Assembly: GCA_020053795.1 (NCBI GenBank)
Contig: JAGVMN010000003.1
Span: 4,891 to 68,890, forward strand
Length of the DNA stretch: 64,000 bases
Direction: 5' to 3'
From: Bacteroidia bacterium
GTDB taxonomy: Bacteria > Bacteroidota > Bacteroidia > NS11-12g > UBA9320
Below the pieces are notes generated by a model that saw nothing but the letters and a program-made list of their open reading frames with translations, was not told where the DNA came from and ran no database searches. Position 1 is the first letter of the stretch, and every line of letters begins with the position of its first letter. A program made the position numbers and the translations under genes. Of this stretch, positions 31,187-39,294 are shown one piece after another.

Positions 31187-31281
31187 CTTTTGATTGAATA
31201 CTTAAAATTTATCTTTGAACCAATCTTCAGCACAGCAGATTCAATGACTACTTAGTATCGCAACAGAACAAACTAATTGAA

Positions 31282-31887
31282 ATGACGTACAATCCGAATG
31301 TTCATCACCGCAGATCAATCAGATTAAAAGGATATGACTATTCGAAGGCGGGTGCCTATTTCATTACCATTTGTTGTAAGGATATGAAATGTCGGTTCGG
31401 AAAAGTTGAAAATGAAGAAATGATATTTAACGAATTTGGTTCAATCGCAAATGATGAATGGTTGAAATTGCCGGAACGGTTTCCAAATTTTGAATTGGAT
31501 GTTTTTCAAATAATGCCGAATCATATGCACGGCATTATTGTTTTGAACGAAACTCCTGTCGGGGTAGGGTTCACCCCTACCCAAAATATGCAAGACAAAC
31601 GAAAAAATGTTCTAAATGAAAACATGTCTGCGTTGGAAAATGGGGCGGGGGTAAACCTCGCCCGGACGGTGAACCCCACGGTTGGGGACATTGTTGGTGC
31701 ATACAAATCATTGGTAGCAAATGCATGTCTGGATATTTACAAATCGAAGAATAAAATAATGGGTAAATTGTGGCAAAGGGATTATTATGAGCACATTATC
31801 CGCAAGGAACAATCGTATCAAAGGATTTCAGATTATATCATCAATAATCCTGCAAAATGGGATGCTGATAAATTTTTTGATCGATAA
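31282..31887 (+). mobile_element. REP-associated tyrosine transposase (RAYT, IS200/Y1 HUH family)
   Basis: HHRRSIRLKGYDYS..GAYFITIC, IMPNHMHGII (HUH), WQRDYYEHIIR, YIINNP (catalytic Tyr). Confidence 0.9.
31558..31667. repeat. Inverted pair of REP-like palindromes embedded in frame in the RAYT gene
   Basis: GTCGGGGTAGGGTTCACCCCTACCC (31558-31582) versus the reverse complement of 31642-31667, 18/25 identical. Confidence 0.7.
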
Positions 31888-31892
31888 CCAGT

Positions 31893-33299
31893 CTAACTTA
31901 ACTCCACCTCCTGATACAACCCCGGAATCTCTACATTCTTAAAACCTTTGCCTTGAAGGGCTGCTTTGAACAATTCCTGTTTTTCGGGTTCGCCGTGCAC
32001 GAGGAAAAGCTTTTTCAGTTTGGTTTTGTCCAGGTGTTTCAGGTAATCCAGCATTTCGGGTTCATCGCCGTGGGCACTGAAGCTGTCCATGATTTCTATT
32101 CGGGCATTCACCCTCACTTCTTTGCCAAAGATGAATACCGGGTTTTCACCGTTGCGGATGCGGGAACCCAGGGTTCCATCGGCACAATAGCCAACTACCA
32201 GCACAGTAGTCGTTGGGTTTTCCAGATGATAGCTCAGGTGGTTTTTGATGCGTCCGGCGTTCATCATCCCCGACGCACTTACGATAATGCAGGGGTCTTT
32301 GTAATTGTTAAGAGCCTTGGAGGCTTCCGCCTCGCGGATATAGGTTAGTCCGTTGAAACCAAAGGGATTCGGGTCATGCAACATATATTGATTGATGCCA
32401 TCGTCGAAACACTCGGGGTGCATGATGAAGATTTCGGTTGCATTCACTGCCATGGGGCTGTCCACAAAGACTTTAATCTTTGGCAAGCGGCCGCTGCTTT
32501 CCAGTTGGTCGAGCATATAGACCACTTCCTGGGTTCTGCCCACGCTGAAGGCCGGGATCAGCAATTTTCCGCGATTCTCCACACAGGTTTCCTTGATAAT
32601 CCGCAAAAGAGCTTCTATGTCTTCGGATTCTTTTTCGTGAACAGTTCCGCCGTAAGTAGATTCACAAATCAGGTAATCAACGTCTGGCATCGGTACAGGG
32701 TCGCGTAAAATGGGGCGGTGCGGACGACCGATATCTGCTGTAAATCCGAAATACACAAAACTCCGGTCTGCCTTTTCTATTTTAAGGGTGACACTGGCCG
32801 AGCCCAAAATATGGCCACTGTCGCGAAACAAAACGGAGATGCCTCTTCGCATGGTGTGCCATCTTTCGTAACCGATACTGACAAACTGATCGAGGCAACG
32901 GGTAGCGTCTTCGGCGGTGTATAAAGGTTTTTCGAAAGGTTTCTTGCTGTGGGCATTCCGCCGGTTGCGATATTCTGCTTCGCGTTCCTGTATCATGGCC
33001 GAGTCAAGCAACATAATGGCCGACAGATCGCGGGTGGCACTGGTGCAATATATTTCGCCCTCGAAACCATCCTTCACCAGTTTGGGGATGCGGCCTGAAT
33101 GGTCAATGTGGGCGTGAGACAAAATCATGATTTCAATCTCTGCCGGGTCAAAACCCCATTTGCTGTTCAAATTGTTCATGTCCTCCCTGTGGCCCTGATA
33201 CAGGCCGCAGTCGAGCAGTATTTTGATGCCTTCGTCAGTAGTGATCAGATGACAACTGCCCGTTACCGTTCGGGCTGCTCCGCAGAATTTTACTTTCAT
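31893..33299 (-). CDS. MBL-fold beta-CASP ribonuclease (YSH1-like)
   Basis: GAARTVTGSCH, LSHAHIDHSG, SGHILGS, CESTYG, SASGM, FSAHGD, LVHGE. Confidence 0.92.
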   Translation of the reverse strand: MKVKFCGAARTVTGSCHLITTDEGIKILLDCGLYQGHREDMNNLNSKWGFDPAEIEIMILSHAHIDHSGRIPKLVKDGFEGEIYCTSATRDLSAIMLLDSAMIQEREAEYRNRRNAHSKKPFEKPLYTAEDATRCLDQFVSIGYERWHTMRRGISVLFRDSGHILGSASVTLKIEKADRSFVYFGFTADIGRPHRPILRDPVPMPDVDYLICESTYGGTVHEKESEDIEALLRIIKETCVENRGKLLIPAFSVGRTQEVVYMLDQLESSGRLPKIKVFVDSPMAVNATEIFIMHPECFDDGINQYMLHDPNPFGFNGLTYIREAEASKALNNYKDPCIIVSASGMMNAGRIKNHLSYHLENPTTTVLVVGYCADGTLGSRIRNGENPVFIFGKEVRVNARIEIMDSFSAHGDEPEMLDYLKHLDKTKLKKLFLVHGEPEKQELFKAALQGKGFKNVEIPGLYQEVELS

Positions 33300-33440
33300 A
33301 TTGTATTAATTATTAAACCACATTCTTACATTGTTTTAAACCTTGAATGAGAAGTATTTGCTTTTTCACCGTGCGGTTTTTTCTACTCTTAATAAAGGTT
33401 AGTATTTGTCATTTCGGCAAAGTAATGATATAATTGAAAA

Positions 33441-34337
33441 ATGACCAAAAAGCATCATTATCTGCATGATGAAAAACTGGCTGTTTATGAAGGCAGGAAC
33501 TTTCAATTGAAGAATTTCAATACCGATTATCAGGGGAATTTTGAAAATCAGAAAGACGGTGTGCAGCAATTGGAGGCCGACAAAAAGAAGCTTTACGAAC
33601 TCCAACAGCTGCTCTTCGCAACAGACAACCACGCCCTACTACTCATCTTCCAGGCCATGGACGCAGCGGGCAAAGACAGCACCATCAGCCATGTTTTTTC
33701 GGGGATGTTTCCACAGGCGGGAACCGTTCACAGTTTCAAAGTGCCCGGCCAAGCCGAGTTGGATCACGACTATTTGTGGCGGACAACCAATTGTCTGCCT
33801 GAACGAGGCAGGGTCAGCATTTTCAACCGGTCGTATTACGAGGAAATTTTAGTGGCCAAAGTGCATCCGCAGATTGTTTTGAATCAGAGGATTCCGGGAG
33901 TCAGTTCTTTGAAAGACGTAGATGAAACCTTTTGGAAAAACAGGTATGAGAGCATCCGCAATCAGGAAAAACACCTGACCCAAAACGGAACGATCATCCT
34001 CAAATTTTTCCTGAACGTATCGAAAGAAGAGCAAAAGAAAAGATTCGTTTCCCGCATTGATGAAAGCAAAAAAAACTGGAAATTCAGCCTCGAAGACCTG
34101 GAAGAAAGGAAGCATTGGGATGCCTATCAAAAAGCCTATCAGAAGGCCATAGCCGAAACCGCCACCTCCGATGCTCCCTGGTTTGTGATCCCCGCCGACA
34201 AAAAATGGTTCATGCGGGCAGCAGTTTGCAACATCATTGTCAATCGCCTGGCCGAACTGAATCTGAAATACCCTGAATTGACTGATGCCGCAAAAGCTGA
34301 ATTAAAAGAGGCGAGGGAAAAATTGATGAGGGAGTGA
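33441..34337 (+). CDS. ppk2: Polyphosphate kinase 2 family protein
   Basis: FQAMDAAGKD, FNRSYYEE, KFFLNVSKEEQ, PWFVIPADKKW. Confidence 0.92.
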   Translation: MTKKHHYLHDEKLAVYEGRNFQLKNFNTDYQGNFENQKDGVQQLEADKKKLYELQQLLFATDNHALLLIFQAMDAAGKDSTISHVFSGMFPQAGTVHSFKVPGQAELDHDYLWRTTNCLPERGRVSIFNRSYYEEILVAKVHPQIVLNQRIPGVSSLKDVDETFWKNRYESIRNQEKHLTQNGTIILKFFLNVSKEEQKKRFVSRIDESKKNWKFSLEDLEERKHWDAYQKAYQKAIAETATSDAPWFVIPADKKWFMRAAVCNIIVNRLAELNLKYPELTDAAKAELKEAREKLMRE

Positions 34338-34393
34338 CAAGCAAACGTATTCTAATTATGCTTAGTCAGGTAGGATCCATAAAGTCGCGTTTA

Positions 34394-34554
34394 TAGATTC
34401 CTCCTTCGTCGGAATGACAAAATTGTTATCACGGAATGACAAGAGTGTGATGGTATGACACCTATCCTTTGTGACTGCTCCATTTTTTTGTCATGCTGAG
34501 ATATGAAGCTTCTCTTTACATCTGTAATGAGATTCCTCCTTCGTTGGAATGACA
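34394..34554. repeat. REP-like cluster (AGATTCCTCCTTCGTYGGAATGACA family)
   Basis: Near-identical 25-mers at 34394 and 34530, partial CGGAATGACA at 34431, inverted TGTCATGCTGAG at 34489. Confidence 0.8.
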
Positions 34555-34570
34555 AAAACGCCAATCCCGG

Positions 34571-35701
34571 CTAAACAACAAACAACTGCGAAGCCGTATA
34601 GTCGGCAAACAGCTTCCCTTTGCTGGTAACCCGCAAAATGGGTCCTTCTTTATAAATCAATCTTTCAGCCAGCAATTCCTCTATTTTGGGCAAGCCTGCT
34701 TTTTGAATATCAATCCCTGTTGCAGAAAGAATCTTATCCAAATCAGCACCCCACCGTGTTCTGAGTCCGGTCATGAGCATTTCATTGGCTTTATTGGCAG
34801 GGGTTAAGGTTTCCTCTTCAAAACAAGCCGTTCCCTCAGTTATAGCCCTGATGTACCAGCTATTATTTTTGGCATTCCAGCGGCGTTTCCCGTCTTTAAA
34901 GGAATGGGCAGAAGGCCCTATGCCCAGATAAGGAATCCCCTGCCAATAGCTGGTGTTGTGGCGGGAATAAAGACCCGGCTTGCAGAAATTGGAAATCTCG
35001 TAATGCTCCCAACCTGCGGTTTCCAACTTATCCATCATCAAAACATATTGTCGCTCACTGAGGGCATCTTCCGGGTTTTGCATTTTGCCTTTTTGGATGA
35101 GTTTCTTCAGTGGAGTTCCTTCCTCAACAGTGAGGGAATAGGTCGAAATATGCTGAACATCTAAATTCAAAGCCGTTTTGATATTATTCAGCCACCGCTC
35201 ATCATGGCTTCCGGGCACTCCAAAAATAAGGTCAATGTTAATGTTGTCAAATCCCACCAATTTGCTGTTTTCAATAGCTGATAATGCCTGTTCTGCGTTG
35301 TGAATGCGGTTCATCCATTTCAGGTCGTTATCGTCGAAAGACTGCACCCCGATACTCAGGCGATTGATCCCCAAATCATGTACGGCCTTGCAATAGTCTT
35401 TTGTCAAATCATCGGGATTTGCCTCAAGGGTTATTTCAACATTGGGTTCTATTCCAAAATTCTTTCTTGCAGTTGCCAGCAACTTTTCTATTTCGTTTGA
35501 CTTCAAAACAGAAGGGGTTCCCCCGCCAAAATACAATGTTCGCAACAGACTTCCCTCAAAAAAACCGGCGTTTCTTTCCATCTCCTTTTCCATGGCCTGC
35601 AACATTTCAGCTTTGTGATTCAAACTAATGGCAAAATGAAAATCGCAGTAATGACAGGCTTGCCGGCAAAAGGGAATGTGAATATAGAGGCCTCCGGTCA
35701 T
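34571..35701 (-). CDS. hemW: Radical SAM heme chaperone HemW
   Basis: GLYIHIPFCRQACHYCDF, YFGGGTPS, YEISNF, HNTSYW. Confidence 0.93.
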   Translation of the reverse strand: MTGGLYIHIPFCRQACHYCDFHFAISLNHKAEMLQAMEKEMERNAGFFEGSLLRTLYFGGGTPSVLKSNEIEKLLATARKNFGIEPNVEITLEANPDDLTKDYCKAVHDLGINRLSIGVQSFDDNDLKWMNRIHNAEQALSAIENSKLVGFDNINIDLIFGVPGSHDERWLNNIKTALNLDVQHISTYSLTVEEGTPLKKLIQKGKMQNPEDALSERQYVLMMDKLETAGWEHYEISNFCKPGLYSRHNTSYWQGIPYLGIGPSAHSFKDGKRRWNAKNNSWYIRAITEGTACFEEETLTPANKANEMLMTGLRTRWGADLDKILSATGIDIQKAGLPKIEELLAERLIYKEGPILRVTSKGKLFADYTASQLFVV

Positions 35702-35710
35702 GGACTTTCT

Positions 35711-36334
35711 CTAATCATCCAAATCAAGTTGAAGTTTTTCTATCAAGTTGATAATTTCAGGGTTGGTTTTGATCATGGCGTCCAGTTTTTGCCTGCCGGT
35801 AAAAGGTTTTGCTTCATGAACGGCGGTAGAAACGATCTCATAGTCGAGCGAAACAGTTTTCAACCCAAACCGCTCCCTGATGAAAACGATGAGCTCTTTC
35901 TTTACACTTTCAATCTGTTTTTTCTGCTGGCTGAGAACCGTAAATAACAAAATCCCGTTGTTCCATGACACAATCGGCAACCGCATGATGGAGGCTACGC
36001 TTTTACTGCCTGATTTGAATAACTGATCCGCAAAGGCGTTCATGGCCTCTTTCAAAGTGTCTTCGGTTATTTCATCTGAAGTTACAATATCTGGAATATG
36101 AGGCTCTGATACTTCATGTGTCGTTTCATCCTCAGCCTTTTTCTGCTCTTTTTCTGCGGTTGATGAATTGACTTCTTTCTTCCCAGAAACAATATTCTTG
36201 AGATTTCCAATACGGGCAACGCTTGGTTGCTCTTCATTTGAAATAACTTTTTTAGACCCGCTAACAATTGGGTCTTGGGACTTGGGACTTGAAACTTGAG
36301 ACTTGGAACCTGACTCTATTTCAGACTTTTTTTT
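35711..36334 (-). CDS. dnaX: C-terminal (tau-specific) part of DnaX in the -1 frame
   Basis: Frame is open from 36334, inside the A10 run, to the stop at 35711. Low-complexity linker, then a domain ending KLDAMIKTNPEIINLIEKLQLDLDD. Confidence 0.8.
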   Translation of the reverse strand, partial: KKKSEIESGSKSQVSSPKSQDPIVSGSKKVISNEEQPSVARIGNLKNIVSGKKEVNSSTAEKEQKKAEDETTHEVSEPHIPDIVTSDEITEDTLKEAMNAFADQLFKSGSKSVASIMRLPIVSWNNGILLFTVLSQQKKQIESVKKELIVFIRERFGLKTVSLDYEIVSTAVHEAKPFTGRQKLDAMIKTNPEIINLIEKLQLDLDD

Positions 36335-37416
36335 TTAAGCTCTTCCGAGAGATTGATGGCTTCGTTGAGGTGACACAGTTTGATGATGGCCAATTCCACA
36401 TGCAACCGTTGATTGTGGCTCATTTTGTAGGTGGTGTCGTATTGATTGATAACATTAAGGGCGTTGATCATGAACCCATAATTGGTAGCCGCCGCCTGTG
36501 TCTTGTATTGTTCAGCAATATTGCCCGGAACCTCCAGCAAGGGAATAGTTTCAGGAACCTGACTTACCAACAAATCTCTGAAATGTGAGGCCAGTCCATT
36601 AAGGAATATTTGCCCGTCGAACCCTTTTTTCAGTATTTCATCAAATATCAGAAGAGCAGAAGAAATATCCCTCTCGGCAAAGGTTTTTGTAATCCTGAAA
36701 TAATAATCGTAGTCGAGTATGTTCAGGTTATGAAGCACTTCCTTGTAGGTGATACTTTTTGTTCCCGAGAAGCTCACCATCTGGTCAAAGATGGAAAGGG
36801 CATCACGCATAGCACCATCTGCCTTTTGGGCGATCAGATGAAGGGCTTCAGTTTGTGCAACAATCTCTTCCAGTTTGCAAATCTCGGTCAGGTGATCAAC
36901 TATCTGTGTCACCGTAATCCGTTCGAAGTTGAATATCTGACAACGACTGAGAATAGTTGGTAAAATCTTGTGTCGCTCTGTAGTTGCTAAAATAAATATG
37001 GCATAAGGCGGTGGTTCTTCCAGTGTCTTCAAAAATGCATTGAACGCACTGGGAGATAGCATGTGGACCTCGTCTATGATATAGACCTTGTATTGGCCAA
37101 TTTGAGGTGGAATCCTCACTTGTTCAACCAGATTTCGTATATCATCAACCGTGTTGTTGGAAGCAGCATCTAGTTCGAAAATATTAAAGGCGAAATCACC
37201 CTTGCTACTCCCATCTTCCTCCTTGTTTATTTCCTTGGCAAGAATGCGGGCACAAGTGGTTTTTCCAACGCCACGAGGGCCACAAAACAAAAAAGCCTGA
37301 GCCAGCTTGTTACCCTTTATTTCGTTAAGCAGGGTTTGGGTAATATGCTCTTGTCCCACCACCGTGTCGAAAGATATAGGTCTGTATTTTCGGGCCGAAA
37401 CGACGTATGAACTCAT
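36316..37416 (-). CDS. dnaX: DNA polymerase III subunit gamma (zero-frame product, 366 aa)
   Basis: VSARKYRP, GPRGVGKTT, ELDAASNN, IIDEVHML, TILSRCQ. Start at MSSYVV. Confidence 0.95.
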   Translation of the reverse strand: MSSYVVSARKYRPISFDTVVGQEHITQTLLNEIKGNKLAQAFLFCGPRGVGKTTCARILAKEINKEEDGSSKGDFAFNIFELDAASNNTVDDIRNLVEQVRIPPQIGQYKVYIIDEVHMLSPSAFNAFLKTLEEPPPYAIFILATTERHKILPTILSRCQIFNFERITVTQIVDHLTEICKLEEIVAQTEALHLIAQKADGAMRDALSIFDQMVSFSGTKSITYKEVLHNLNILDYDYYFRITKTFAERDISSALLIFDEILKKGFDGQIFLNGLASHFRDLLVSQVPETIPLLEVPGNIAEQYKTQAAATNYGFMINALNVINQYDTTYKMSHNQRLHVELAIIKLCHLNEAINLSEELKKKSLK

Positions 37417-37490
37417 GAGGACACAAAAAAAAGGATTCTGCACCATATAACCTTCAATGTTTATAAAATCGGTTGGGTTTGTATTGCCAC

Positions 37491-37812
37491 ATGGGACGGA
37501 TTGAAATCCATCCATACCAAATGTTTCGAACCTGTCTGTCGAAAGGAAGGCGGTTTTATGTTTAGAGTTGTAAATGTTTTTAGTTTCGTTGAACGTGTCC
37601 CGAAAGTTTTCGTACGTCAACTTATGAAACAGTTAATGCAGATTAAAGTTCCGTAGGGACGGCACCATGGTAACAATAGATATTTCATCAAAAGTCAAGT
37701 CCCATAGGAACGACACATCATTTTAAACTTCTGAAAATATTTGTTCCGTCCCTGCGGGACTCAATATCTCTTTGTGCTTTCAATTCTACCTTTATGCCGT
37801 CCCTATGGGACA
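37491..37812. repeat. Cluster of palindromic REP-like units (GTCCC-nTA-GGGACG family) plus a GGATT-GA-AATCC hairpin
   Basis: Forward units at 37646 and 37697, inverted units at 37745 and 37795, hairpin 37491-37515. Confidence 0.75.
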
Positions 37813-38101
37813 TTTAAGGAAATAATTGGAATTGAGCTGACGCATATGCGAATTATTTCGGGAAAGACTATATTGAGACAATTGGATTATTGGCTTTAAC
37901 CATGATTTCAACAATTCGACATGATCCATTTTGAATCCTTTTGTTATTGACGGGTAAAACTTTCTGAACGGTTTCATCAAAAGAAAGCATGGTCATTTGC
38001 AGTTTTGAAATGACCCAATCAATAATAAACCAGCCAAAGGTTGGATAATTGGACATGGAATTTTACTTTTGCCGTCCTTAAAAATAAAACGCTGCAATAA
38101 A

Positions 38102-38470
38102 ATGACAAAAAATCAGTACGAATCTGTAATCATACTTACACCCGTGCTGTCTGAGAGGCAAATGCAGGATGCTATCACCAACTACAGACAGTTGATTACG
38201 GAAAATGGTGGAGAATTGATCCACGAAGAAGATTGGGGTCTTACAAAGCTGGCCTTTCCGATTCAAAAGAAGACGACAGGCTTTTACCACATCTTCGAGT
38301 TTGCCGGTCCAAGTGATCTTGTGGCCAAACTCGAACTCACCTACCGCAGGGATGAGCAAGTGATGCGTTACCTTACTACCAGGCTGGACAAGCATGCCAT
38401 TGCCTACAACGAGAAAAGAAGAAGAGGCGAATTTGACAAACCTAAAGTAGAAAAGGAGGTAGCTGTATGA
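38102..38470 (+). CDS. rpsF: 30S ribosomal protein S6
   Basis: QYESVIILTP...WGLTKLAFPIQKKTTGFY...RYLTTRLDK. Confidence 0.97.
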   Translation: MTKNQYESVIILTPVLSERQMQDAITNYRQLITENGGELIHEEDWGLTKLAFPIQKKTTGFYHIFEFAGPSDLVAKLELTYRRDEQVMRYLTTRLDKHAIAYNEKRRRGEFDKPKVEKEVAV

Positions 38471-38739
38471 GCAAGAAACAAGACAACAGAACCTTTTTGT
38501 TCAACAATCAACCCGTTGGACCGGTTCGCAAGAAGTATTGCCGTTTCAAGAAAAGTGGCATAAAGTACATTGATTACAAAAACCCGGAATTTCTTCTGAA
38601 GTTTATCAATGAACAGGGCAAACTATTGCCACGCCGCATTACCGGAACGTCTTTGAAATTTCAACGAAAAATATCGGTAGCTGTCAAGAAAGCCCGTCAT
38701 CTGGCTATTTTGCCTTATGTGGCCGATCAAATGAAATAG
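38467..38739 (+). CDS. rpsR: 30S ribosomal protein S18
   Basis: KYCRFKK..IKYIDYK...GKLLPRRITGTS.KFQR. Confidence 0.97.
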   Translation: MSKKQDNRTFLFNNQPVGPVRKKYCRFKKSGIKYIDYKNPEFLLKFINEQGKLLPRRITGTSLKFQRKISVAVKKARHLAILPYVADQMK

Positions 38740-38751
38740 GAGGGAGCATTC

Positions 38752-39195
38752 ATGAAAATTATTCTAAAAGAAGACGTTAAGAAACTGGGTTTCAAAGACG
38801 ATTTGGTAGAAGTGAAGAATGGCTTCGGACGAAACTACCTGATACCGAGAGGAAAAGCGATTCTGGCTACTACCAGTGCCGTTAAGATGCTGGAGGAAGA
38901 TATTCGCCAGGCAAAATTCAAACAGGATCGCGTAAAACAAGGTGCCATCGAAATGGCAGAAAAGCTGAACGGATTGACCCTGACCATCGGAACCAAGGCC
39001 GGAAGCAACGGAAAAATATTTGGTTCGGTTACCTCTTTACAAGTGGCTCAACTACTCAAAGAACAGGGATATGATATTGACCGCAGAAAAATTGTTCTGG
39101 ACAATGACATCAAATTTCTGGGCGAACACAAAGCCACCATCAATCTTCACCGCGAAACCTCGGTAGAGATTAATCTGAATGTGGTTCAGGAGTAA
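38752..39195 (+). CDS. rplI: 50S ribosomal protein L9
   Basis: MKIILKEDV..LG...VKNGFGRNYLIP, GKIFGSV. Confidence 0.97.
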   Translation: MKIILKEDVKKLGFKDDLVEVKNGFGRNYLIPRGKAILATTSAVKMLEEDIRQAKFKQDRVKQGAIEMAEKLNGLTLTIGTKAGSNGKIFGSVTSLQVAQLLKEQGYDIDRRKIVLDNDIKFLGEHKATINLHRETSVEINLNVVQE

Positions 39196-39219
39196 AATCC
39201 TAATAAAATATAACGCAAC

Positions 39220-39248
39220 AAAAAAGGCCTCCGAAAGAGGCCTTTTTT
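39220..39248. terminator. Bidirectional intrinsic terminator
   Basis: AAAAAAGGCCTC-cgaaa-GAGGCCTTTTTT. Confidence 0.92.
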
Positions 39249-39294
39249 AATGGGCAATGGTTAAGTGTTAATCAGGTGAATTCCTTGCCAACCT

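Noticed and set aside
37417-37620. 68-codon in-frame N-terminal extension of DnaX in the ORF track
   Set aside because: DnaX homology begins at MSSYVVSARKYRP (37416). The extension runs through a REP-like hairpin and starts at a TTG with no support.
34394-37812. Possible CRISPR arrays in the repeat clusters
   Set aside because: Units are few, irregularly spaced and in mixed orientation, with no uniform spacers and no cas genes. They fit REP-type repeats.
37846-37899. Micro-ORF MRIISGKTILRQLDYWL resembling RsmD or HigB N-termini
   Set aside because: Only 17 codons and no continuation found, so chance similarity is likely.
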